Assembly (NCBI GenBank): GCA_001724245.1
Contig: MEDX01000015.1
Coordinates: 1-64,000, forward strand
DNA: 64,000 nucleotides
Source: Fonticula-like sp. SCN 57-25
Taxonomy: Eukaryota
Reading direction: 5' to 3'
Positions 43,538-54,495 of the stretch are shown here, piece after piece. A program made the position numbers and the translations under genes. The notes beneath the pieces were generated by a model. The model was given only the letters and a program-made list of their open reading frames with translations, did not search any database and was not told the origin of the DNA. Each line of letters opens with the position of its first letter. Position 1 is the first letter of the stretch.

Positions 43538-46500
43538 ATGAAGAAGGGAATCGTCATATGGCTGCTTCTGGCCGCCGTCTTGGCGGGGGCCACAACCGCG
43601 CATAGTACGTCGACGTACCTTTCCGCCTGTCACTAACGTGTGGCGCATCTGTAGGCTCGAGGATACGTGTTATTGCGTCGGAAAGTGATATTTCATGCGA
43701 CGCAATGATTGTCGCCGAGACGGAGCACGGGATTCCCGCGGTACGCGCCTATCGATCTGCGCCCGCCATGCTCTGCATCTGACGCTGCGATCTCTTGCTT
43801 TCCGCAGGATTCGCGACCTATGACGTCGTTGACGCTGGACTATCTGGAAGACTGCATTTCAGCGCGGTCGTTCGTCGGCAGCCTCGTTGTTGTGACGCCC
43901 AATCCGTACGCCATCTATTGCCCTCTCGACCGCGTCTGACGCCCCACTCGCGATAGAAATTGCCCGCTCTTTTTTCAGCTAAATAATATTGTGGGCGCGG
44001 CGGCGATTGTAGTGATTCGTGAAGAAGTTGATCTTGTATTATGGCCCGCGGAGCCGCTCGCGATCCCCGTGTTTGCAGGCCCGCCCTCGTCATGGTGCGC
44101 GCGCCCTCTCGCCTTTTCCCTCCCCCCGCCAACGCCCTTTTTGTTGCTAGTCTTTTACTTTTAGCGCGCTCCCAACAGCGCGTCGTCCTGCGCCTCGATG
44201 GCGGCTGCAGCCAATCGTGCGCGATGCGGATCGGCGACGGCCAGTGCGATCCCGAGTGCAACACTGCCACGTGCGTGTACGACGGCGGCGACTGCTGCGC
44301 GACCACCTGCCAGGGTCTCTGCTGCGACGCGCCCGACGCGTCCACGTGCCTGTACGACCCGCTTGGCGCGGTATCTGGCGTGGACGACTGGGCGCACGGC
44401 GCCTGGGTGGACGGCGAAGCCTCGCCTTCCCTGGCCGGCGCCCCCGGCGTTCTCCTCGACTCGCACGTGTGCATTGAGGCCGGCCAGCAGCTGGAGGTGC
44501 GCTTCCGCCCGGGCACGTACAATTCGGTGACGCTCGTCCTCTCGCCGCGGTCCCTGAACGCCTTCGTGTTCATTGGCGGCTTCGACCCCGAGTCGCTCGG
44601 CTGGGGAATGATCAGCGCCGACGAAACGGTCGCGACCGTCAGCCTTATTGTCCCGTTTGTGAGCGACGCCGACGGCGCGCCGATGCAAATCTACGTCCCG
44701 TATGCGATGAACGCGCCCGTCTGCTTTGACTCTGTCGGCGTTTCTGGCACCGTCTATGCCGCCGCCGACCTCCCCGCCGTGTGGGACTTGGGCGGCAACC
44801 AGTACTCGAACCTGCTGGACGCCGACCACCGTGGCGCGCTGCTCACTTTCCCGCCGCTGCCCGCCGCGGGTGACGACGGCGAGTCCGAGTGCGTGCCGGG
44901 CGACGTGCCGCTTCACCCTGCCTGCGCGGCGGTGCTCGGCGATGATTGGCCGGTGCGCGCCGGCGTCGACGCCAAGGACGCCGCAAGGGCCGTCGACGCG
45001 TACATTGAGCGCGGGCGCGGCGCTTTCCTCGCGCAGGCGGCGTCGGAAGAGTGCCTCGCGCTGAGCCTGCGCGTCGTGTGCGAGCTGTCGTTCCCAACAT
45101 GTGACGTGCCGTGGATTTTGTCGGAGGTTGCTGCAAAGGTGTGCGACGAGGCGCTGACAAAGTGCGGGTTGGGCTTGGCGCGTGATCTCTTTGGCTGCGG
45201 AATGCCCGTTTGCGGTCAGCGCGCAATGTCATCGGAACCGATGCCGACGCTCATCCCTATCGACTTGCCCGATTTGCCTACGGAAGCGCCAACAGAACTG
45301 CCAACGATAGCACCTACTGAGGCACCTACGGAATTGCCGACGGTAGCACCTACTGAACTGCCAACGGTTGCACCTACTGAGGCGCCTACTGAGGCGCCAA
45401 CCGAGCCGCCGACTGCTGCACCGACTGAGCTCCCTACTGAGGCTCCGACTGCTGCACCGACTGAAGCGCCTACTGCTGCGCCTACTGACGCACCAACAGC
45501 CGCACCAACTGAGGCTCCGACTGAAGCACCTACAACTGCTCCGACCGAGTCACCTACAACTGCTCCGACCGAGTCACCTACAAGTGCTCCGACGACTGCT
45601 CCGACCGAGTCACCTACAAGTGCTCCGACGACTGCTCCGACCGAGTCACCTACAAGTGCTCCGACGACTGCTCAAGTGCTCCGACTGAGGCACCGACGAT
45701 TGTGCCACCTTCTGCGACTGCCGTGCCGTCGCCCACTTCGTCGGTCAAGCCGTCGTACAAGCCGTCATCCAGGCCGTCGACCAGTCCCCGCCCGACGTTC
45801 CGCCCTCCCCTTCCGACGCTCGTGCCATCGCCGCGCCCGAGCCTGACGCCGCGCCCGCCGATTGTCGACATTCACGATACGGACCCGCCGATTGACGAGG
45901 ACGAAACCGACGCCGATACGTCGTTTGGCCTCAGCGGGACGTCCATGGCGGTCGTCGCGGCGGTCGGCTCGGTCGTGGCGATCGCGCTGATCGCCTCTGG
46001 CGGCTACTACTGCGTCATCACGATTGGGCCGGCGGGCAAGAAGCGCCCGCCGCCGTCGGACGAGGAGCGGATGACTATGGCGGGCGAGCCCGTCGAGCTC
46101 ACGATCGTGGCAAAGTCGGACGCGCCGGGCGGCAGTGACGGCGACATTGGCGGTCGCGCTTCGCACGTGATGCTGATGACGAGCGTCGCGCAAGGTCCGA
46201 TTGGCTCCGACACGTACCTTGCTGCCGTCAAGCAGCTTGTGAGCGCGCGCGGCCGCGACGTGCTCGCTGCGCTCGACGCGAACGGCTTTAATGTTCTGCA
46301 CTATGCCGCGGCGCGCGGCCACCGCGACGCAATTCAATACTTTGCCGACCTCGGATTGGACATTGACGTGCGCGACGCCAAAGGTAACACACCGCTCGCG
46401 TGGGCTTCCCGCGGCGGACAAGTCGCGTGCGCACAGTTTTTCATTGCGCACGGCGCCGACGTGAATGCCGCCAACACGACCCGCGAGACGCCGCTGCTGT

Positions 46501-48287
46501 TCGCCGCGCGCGCCGACAGCGTCGAAATTGTTGCGATGCTGTGCGACGCGGGCGCCGACGTGAATGCTGCTGACGCGGACGGGACGACGACGCTGCATCT
46601 GTGTGTGGCGTCGGCGGCGGCAGAGCACCTTGTCGCGCTCGTGTGCGCGCGCGGCGCTGCTGTGGACGCGCGCGACCATCTCGGCGACACGCCGCTGATC
46701 CGCGCGGTAAAATGTGCTTCGCCGTCTGTGATTAGTGCGCTGCTTCAGCGCGAGGCGAATGTTCGCATCTGCGACGCGCAGGGCGAGTCTGCCGTGCACT
46801 GGGCGGCGATGCTCGGCCGCTGCGACGCGCTCGACGCTCTTTCGCCGACGCGCGAGGAAGTTAATTTGACCAATGCGCGCGGCGAGACGCCCTACTACCT
46901 TGCGTGCCGCGAAGGCCACGAGGCGATGGCGACTGCGCTGCTGGCGCGCCACGCCGACGCGCTCGCCGTCGACGCGCAGAGCCGCACCGTCCCGTGCGTC
47001 GCCACAATGCAGTGCAAGAAGAAAAGGGCGGCGTCGGGCGAGTCTGACGCGGCGCCCGCGCCGTCGCCGTCGTCGTCGTCTCTTTCATTTTTGCTGTCGA
47101 CGGCGGCGCTCGTGAACCCGTACTGGACGGCCATCGAGCGCGTCGTCGCGCAGTGCGGCCTTGACTGCCTCTTTATGGTCGACGTGCAGCGCCGCACTTT
47201 TCTGCACCACGCGGCGGCGCACGGCGACACGGTGACTGTCGCGCGCCTGCTCGCCGCCGCCTCCCAACTTCAGCCGAACAGCGCCGCACTTGCGCGCCTC
47301 GCCAAGCGGCGCCGCGGCGACGACGAGCCTGACTCTTCTTCGTCTGCGGCGGCGGCGCTCATGTCGCTTGCCGACGCCGCAGGCGACACTGCCCTTTTGC
47401 TTGCCGCTCGCTACGGCCACGCTGCCGTTGTGCGTTACCTTCTTGAAGCCGGCGACAACTGGAATGTGCGCGGCGGCGGTCAGGAAAGCGCGCTCGGCGA
47501 GGCGTGCCGCGGCGGCCACGAAGCCGCTGCGCGCGTTCTTCTCCTGCACGGCACCGCCGACGTGAATGCGCGCGACGCGCACGGCACGACGCCGCTTATG
47601 AGCGCCGTCGCGTGCGGCTCCGCTGCCCTTGTCGAGCTTCTCATCAGCGAGTCCGCCGACGTGAACCGCCGCGACGCCCAGGGCTCCACTGCGCTCATGT
47701 GCGCCGCGCGCTACCTCGAATGCCGCGTCATGTCGCCGCGCGACGGCTGCGAGACGGTCGAGATGCTGTTGAGAGCTGGCGCCGACGTTCAGGCGCGCGA
47801 CGACCGCGGCATGACTCCGCTCCACTGGGCCGCCGCCACCGGCAACACGCGCGCGTGCATGTCGCTCGTGCGCGCCGCGGGCGTTGACCTCGACGCGACC
47901 AACGCCAAGGGCCATACTGCCTTTATGCTAGCGCGCGCCGAGGGCCACGAGGCCGTCGCCGACATGCTCGCGAGGGCCGGCGCCGACCAGGCGTCCGACC
48001 CCGCCGACCTCGAGCCAAAGTGCAGCGGCGTCGCGGCCAAGCGCGTCGCCAAGGCGGCCAAGCGTGCGTCCGGCGGCGCGAGCAAGGCGGCCAATCACAG
48101 CCCGTCTGCGTCGTCGAGCGGCAGCGGAAATGTCAGCAGCGACGCCGACTCGCCGGTCCAGTTCAAGGTCGAGGCGTCGGCGTACCTTTCGCCGACGGAG
48201 CTCGACGACGGCGGAAAGCACCCGCGCATGCTCGGCGCGCCGATGCACGCAATCAAGCAAAGCACGTCGCCATTACCGCACTACTGA
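43538..48287 (+). CDS. Notch-like receptor: SP - PA-like - LNR - Frizzled-like CRD - mucin stalk - TM - ankyrin repeats; frameshift at about 45673
   Basis: Exons 43538-43604, 43655-43740, 43808-43905, 43957-44094 and 44151 onward join in frame via GT-AG introns. LNR: CSQSCAMRIGDGQCDPECNTATCVYDGGDCC. TM: MAVVAAVGSVVAIALIASGGYYCVITIG. About a dozen G-x-T-P/A-L-H-x-A ankyrin repeats follow. Confidence 0.8.
45278..45700 (+). repeat. Coding tandem repeat (PTEA/PTTA/PTES; 12-nt base unit, three perfect 36-nt copies at 45565-45672)
   Basis: ccgaccgagtcacctacaagtgctccgacgactgct x3. Confidence 0.9.
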
Positions 48288-48520
48288 TGCAATCTGCAAA
48301 CTGAATCTGCAACTGAATCTGCAGGGAATCTGTGTCTGTACAACTATACCTTTTCAAGCTTTTTCCACTTTAGGTGTCTTTTCGTGCGTTGTAAAATGCC
48401 TTTTTTTCATTATGCGGTCGCGAAAATGGTTTTCTTTTCGCGCCCTCTGCCCCGAATGCTGTACCATTGTTACCGATGTATTAGAATATTATTCACATTT
48501 CACGACACTTTTTGCCATAT

Positions 48521-49186
48521 CTAGTCCTTCTTTTCCTGCTCGATGGCCTGCCACTCGTGCACTGGCCTGAAGCTCGCGAGCAGCCCGATCTTGTCATTGT
48601 CGGCATTGGGAAAGAGCGACCACGCGTGCGTCTTGTAGACCGCCTTTGTGGCGTAGTACGCGACGGGCCGCACGATAAACATGACCAAGAGAATTAAGAG
48701 CGCGAGCGCGAGCAGGACGTACATGAGCCCCGTGCGCGCCGCCTGCGGCCAGAACGGCATCAGCAGCCCGGCGAGCACGATCGCGACAATGCCGCCGAGC
48801 AGCGCCCACCGGCGGCGCACAGAGCCCTCGTAGTACCACACAAAGTTGTCGCCGGCGGCGAGCTGCGCGCCGTCCTGCCGCGAAAGGTACGCGCGGCGCG
48901 TCACAGATGCGGGCTGGCCATCGTGCGCGGGATGATGCACAGTGTCCACATGGAGAGCGACGCGGCCGATCAGGCCGTCGCGCAGCATCGACTGCAGCAC
49001 AGAACGAGCAGAGTGCGCGTCGCGGCGCTTCAGATGCGCCGACACGGCCGCGGGGGCATCGGCCGACGTCAGCCACGATACGGCGGCATCGACGGAAGAG
49101 TAAAAGTAGCGGCGGCCATTCAGAATGCCCATCTCGCGAGGGACGCCGGCGTGAAGAAGACCAGCAAGGGCTTCAAGCTCGCTCAT
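48521..49186 (-). CDS. SEC62: Translocation protein Sec62
   Basis: FVWYYEG, TM with MPFWP, second TM, then WSLFPN...GLLASFRP. Confidence 0.85.
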   Translation of the reverse strand: MSELEALAGLLHAGVPREMGILNGRRYFYSSVDAAVSWLTSADAPAAVSAHLKRRDAHSARSVLQSMLRDGLIGRVALHVDTVHHPAHDGQPASVTRRAYLSRQDGAQLAAGDNFVWYYEGSVRRRWALLGGIVAIVLAGLLMPFWPQAARTGLMYVLLALALLILLVMFIVRPVAYYATKAVYKTHAWSLFPNADNDKIGLLASFRPVHEWQAIEQEKKD

Positions 49187-49302
49187 GGCGCGGAAAGAAA
49201 GAAAAAAGGCTGTTAAAACTGAAAACTAGAGATGCCGCTGCAAGGATGCAGGCAAGATGCGGCGCAGAACAAAAAGGTGCAAACTGAAACTAGTTTGCAC
49301 AC

Positions 49303-49971
49303 TCAATGGAGGGTGTTGGTGTCGTTGGCGAGCGAGGGCGTCTGGATGCGCTCGTCGGGGAGGCCGGCGCGCTTCAGAATGACCTGATCGAGAGACCACT
49401 CCTGGTCGCGACGGTGCGCCTTGACGGTAACGTCGCCGCGATCACGCGAGCCGGTCAACGAAAACTCGAGATCGGCAACGCCCTAGTAGGGACACGTCAG
49501 CCGCAGACAAAAGGGAAAGTGGAAAGTGGAAAGTGGGAGCATTAGAGAGGAGAGGGAAAGAAAAGATAAAGAAATGTAAAACTGGCCGCATGCCACATGG
49601 CTGGTTATACAATCACATGACGTATGCATGGCTCCGATGCGTGGCTCCGATGCACGGAACCGCATGGAATCGTGCATGGACGGTGCATTTCTCCAACAGC
49701 GTGTTGCAAGCCATTACCCGCGCACATGCCTCGCTTCCCTCCCTGCACTGCCACCAGCACGCACCTTGAACTGGTTGATTGATCCCTTGAACCACGCACC
49801 GGGCTCGAGATCGTCACCGAGAGCGGCGGTCACCTGCGGGGTGTTGCGGAGCGTAAAGATCAAGTCGCGCACAAACGGAGAGCTCTTCTTCTGGTAGTTG
49901 GTCGTAAGTGCAATAGAGGTTGCCCAAATGCCAATGCCAGTCGCTCCTAGTAGCAGAGTACGAGGGTTCAT
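49303..49971 (-). CDS. COA1: Cytochrome oxidase assembly factor Coa1-like (intron 49483-49764)
   Basis: NYQKKSSPFV...LRNTPQVTAALGD...KGSINQFK|GVADLEFSLTGSRDRG. Confidence 0.75.
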
Positions 49972-50739
49972 CAAGATGGCCGACCACACACGGAAGCGGC
50001 GCGAGGTGAGTCACACGACAATGTGCGAGTGTACAGGGCTGTGGCAGGGCTGTAGGATGAGGTCATTGTAAAAGTGTATGGGGTAGAATCAGGGGTGACT
50101 TTTCCTTTCCTCGACCACGCAGGCAGCGATGGCGACGTAAAAGCGGGATGAAGCAGTGGTACGTTGCTGCGGGAGGGTAATGGGGATGCGCATACGTTAA
50201 AAGGCTAGTATCAAAGCCGTCTACACGCTTTTCTGTTTGCAGACGGTGCAACCGATGCCGAGATTCCACTTTTTATTCCCTTTTCTTTCCCTTTTTCAAT
50301 ATTCTTCGACTGTCAACTGACATTTGTGGAAAGATGACTTTTCCTTGACAAGCACGGCATGAGACAATAGTCTGCTATTTCCGCATTTGCGACATGTCGC
50401 CGCATTCGGCTCAATGTGCAACGGCATCCCAAAGGACCCCCTATGAGGTCTGGCAAGTTCGCACCTGAGCTAGGCCGACTCGATCCATCGGACGCACCTT
50501 AAGGCCTTTTCCAACGTGTACCCACGAACAAACGATAGCCTTCTTCCCTTTATGTATTATTATTTGTAAAGAAGCTTTATTGTAGACTGCTTCAATGAAA
50601 ACGAAAACATGTCGAGATATGAACCCGCTCTCACGGCCAATAGAACAACAACAGTAACATTACGAATACAAAATAGTATACAATATGAAATAAAGTAATA
50701 CACTGTGGCCTGCGCTTTCTCATTCTCGTGCGCAGCACC

Positions 50740-53570
50740 CTACAGTCGCAAGCTGTCGATAACTCTCTTGCACAACTCCTTGTACGCCCACGTGTCTCCC
50801 TTTAGGCGCTTCAACTTGATGCCGTACAGCGCGATCCCCGGCAGTCTGCAGATCTCGATCTGGAACCGCACTCTCTTGAGCGCGTCCTCTGCGCTCCCCG
50901 TCCCCTTGATAGAGCTCCTCGCCGTGTCCTCTGAGCTCGGCGACAGCAGCGTGAGCGCACTCACAAGATCAATGCTCTCATCGCTGTTGCTGTCCTCATC
51001 GGCATTCATGGCTTCAATGATAAACTTGTAGTCGTCGATCTGCTCGTAGCGGAAACCCTTTGCCGTCAGCACGCGGTTCACTTCGGCGGCGATGACGGGC
51101 GGCCGCTTTGTCGACGTCGTGAGCATGTTGAAGATGCCCGTCTTGACCTTGCGGACCTTGGCGCCGCTGTCAGAGTGCACGCTCTCGCGGCGCGGCAGCA
51201 CGCCCCCGGGCGGCGGCGCCGGCGAAGCCGCGGCGAGCAGCTCAGCCGTCGGCGGCTGGCCAAGCTCGCATGACGAAGAGGTCACGAGCGCGCCCGACGC
51301 GCGCCGTACGGGCGGCGGCGACGGGCACGGCGCCGACCGCTTCACCGCGGCAGCCTGCTTGGACTTTGGCGCCTGCTTGTCGGTGTCCAGCGAGAAGCGC
51401 CGCCCGGGGCTCACATTCGCGGGCGCATTAGAATCGCACGGCGGAATGTCGAGCGACGGCGGCGGGTGAACGGCAGACGAGCTGCGCGCGTGGTGCGGCG
51501 AGAGCGGCGACGTCGTGGAAGAAGTGGGCGACGAGCCAAGCATCGGCGACGACGGCGGCGACAGCGACGTAGACGCGGCCGCGGTCGACGTGGCGGCGGC
51601 GTCGCCGCCGCGCCGCAGCGAATACACGGGCGGCGGTAGCATCAGCAGCGACGGCGACGACGACGCATTTCCCCACGCCGCGTTGGTGTCGGCAGCGCGC
51701 TCGCCGTGCCGAATCGCGCTCGACGACCGCGACCGCGAGCTCGAAAAGACAGCGCTGCCAGAGAACGGCCCATCAGCAGACGGCGGTGCGGTCACAGCAC
51801 CAGTAGCAGCAGTGATCGCCGGCCGCGCGTCATCCTCCTCGTCCTCTTCCTGGATAATGTTGTGGAAAAGCGACGCGGACGACCCGCCTGGCGCCGCCGC
51901 GGGCGCCGACGCGGCGCCCATGAGCGACGACGACGACCCCGGCCGCGCGGGAATGTCGCCGCGCAGCAGCATTTTCGCATAGCTTGACGGCGGCCCGCCC
52001 TTTGCCGACGGCGCGCTCACGGGCGGCAGCGGCGGCAGCGGCGGCGACATTAGCGAACAAGCGCTTCCGTACATCACGCCGGCATTCACCGCGCCAAGTG
52101 CAATGCGGGGTGCGGGCGGCAGCAGCGAGCTCGACGACTGCGCCTTTTTCTCCGGCAGGCGCATATCTGCAACACATTTAGCACTCAAAAAATAACTACA
52201 AATATGGCGTACCGTTCTTCTTTGCGTTTGTGGCGTTGAGCTGCTTTGCCACGACGCGCTTGACGAGAAAAAACATGGCAGTGTTGGCGTCGCACTCGTG
52301 CGCTGCGACGGCCTTTTTGAGCGCCGCCACGTCAATTCCAATCGACGCAAGGCGGCAAAGCACTTCTCGGTCCAATTCAGTATCGCCAAGCACTTCCGTT
52401 TCCTTTAAAAAGCAATGCAAAAAACAAGGCAAAAAAGTCGTCGTCAGCAACACAAAAGAGTCAAAACTGCTTTCGTACGTCCAAAAGAGCGCGCGCGGCG
52501 GCGACAATGTGCGGGTTGGCGCTCACGCCAATATCCTTGTGCTCCGCCGCAACGTCGTCTGTGCTTCCGCGGTCGTCGTGCAGCCACGGGTGCAGCAAAA
52601 TCTCCTCGATGGTGAGCCGCTCCTTGGGCTCCAACTTTAAAATGTTTTCGATGAGATTGCGCGCGCCGGCCGACACGCCAGGCGCAAACTCATAGTCGAG
52701 GCGGACAATCTTGTCGAAAATGACCTTTTCGTCGCCGTCGGGGTCGTCAAAGGGAAGGCGGCCGCAGAGCAGCGCAAACAAAACAACGCCCATTGACCAA
52801 ATGTCGCTCTCGGGGCCAGAGTACTTTGCCTTCATCACAAGCTCTGTGGCGTAAAAAAGGTAAGAAAACGTCTCAAAAATGTCGAAAAAAGCGTACCGGG
52901 CGCGGCGTAAGAGACGCTGCCGCAAAAAGTGTTGAGGAGGCGGTTGGGCTCGACGTGCCGCATAAAGCCAAAGTCAATGACCTTGAGGTCCAGGTTGTCG
53001 TCCAGGAGCAGGTTTTCCGGCTTGAGGTCGCGGTGGACATAGCCGTTCTTGTGGCAGTAGCCGATGGCGGCCGCCAGCTGCCGGAAAATGTGCCGGCCTT
53101 CGCGCTCGCGGAGCCGATCCCACGAGACAAGGTAGTCAAACAGCTCGCCGTAGGATGCGTACTCCATCACAAGATACACCTTTGTTTCGCTGTACAAAAC
53201 CTCGTACAGCTGCGCAATGTGGCAGTGGCGCAGATGCCGCCATGTTTCCACCTCGCGCTGAACAGCAGACAGCAGCGAGTGATCAACAATCTTGATGGCG
53301 ACCTGCTGCTTGGTGAACTGGTGAGTGCCGAGCTTCACGACGCCATAAGTCCCTGAAAAAAATGTCAGCGTGCAAGCAATAAACCAAGGAAAACGTGCCT
53401 TTGCCTATCGTCTCTCCGATCGCGTAATTTCCGATCACCTGCGGCGTGGAGGCGACCTAAAAGACGCGCAGGTCAAGGTCAACAACAATCGCGACAACAA
53501 ATCGGCGAAAAAAAAGACGCACGTTTCGTCGCCCCCGATCGCCGATGCTCTCCACGCTACCTCCTTTCAT
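50740..53570 (-). CDS. SNF1/MARK-family (CAMKL) Ser/Thr kinase with C-terminal KA1 domain (multi-exon)
   Basis: IGKGTYGVV, VAIK, HRDLKPEN, DFG, TFCGSVSYAAP and DIWSMG; KA1 FQIEICRLP...KRLKGDTWAYK. Confidence 0.92.
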
Positions 53571-54495
53571 TGTCCGACGTCTTCAGCACGCATGCACAGC
53601 GCCACTGACGCTTGCTCGCGGCGCTCGAAATACTCCCGATGGACAATGGGGAGCGCAGGGTGGCAGGCGAGGCCGAAAATCGGACGCTCCACACAGAAAA
53701 GAGCAAAAAACAACGCAAAAATAATACCAATGGAAAGATAAAGCTAAAAAGATTCAAATGACACTTACTCCGCGGCAAAAGACCCCGATCCACGAGGGAA
53801 ATCGGGCAGGAAGAAGTCGCCGGCGTCGAGCCTGCTCGGCGTCGGCAAAGGGGAGAAAGGTGCGTAGAGACGATTTTCAGAGACGATTTCTGTCAGCTCC
53901 TGACATCGGTGCACACGCTGATTGGTTGGAGCTCACGTGACATTCCTTGGCGATTTTCCGGCTTTTTTCTAAATTGCCCTTTTCTATGCGAGTATATTCA
54001 TTAAGACTGTGCCACCTGTATTGCTGTGTTCCTGGTATTATTTTTTATTATATTGTTAGAATAGGATAGCAAAATATATAAAACTTTTTTGTGAAAATCG
54101 TTAAACATTTTTTCGCTTATCTTTAAAAGATCGACTATGTGCACTTTGTATGTTACTAGCTGTTTCAGTTTTCAGCCAAGATGAAAAATCCTTTTTCTTA
54201 TCCAAGTAGCATATGCAAACAATGGTATTTTATATTAAGTCCATTGCGTCGTTTGATCGATTTCTGAACCGAAACTCCTCCTACATCATTATCGTTCACT
54301 ATGCTAAACGTGTCTCACCGCGATGTCTCATAGGGAAATTCATTCATTTTCATATATATTTACTCACTTTTCCTTATTTCAATACATACATCTATTTGTG
54401 ACATAGTATGTGAGCGTGTCATATAATGTTTTGTTCTACTAGTTATGACACGAAACCACATTTATCTCTTACTTTTTCGTCCTTCAAACAAAACA

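Noticed and set aside
391-44150. Introner-like mobile introns suggested by shared GTRCG donors
   Set aside because: Intron bodies show no mutual similarity beyond splice signals.
45278-45700. Repeat array as CRISPR or mobile element
   Set aside because: In-frame Pro/Thr-rich coding repeat forming a mucin stalk.
50060-50560. Possible snRNA in the COA1-kinase spacer (GCCTTTT resembling the U5 loop)
   Set aside because: No full U5 loop or Sm site and no convincing stem; needs an Rfam scan.
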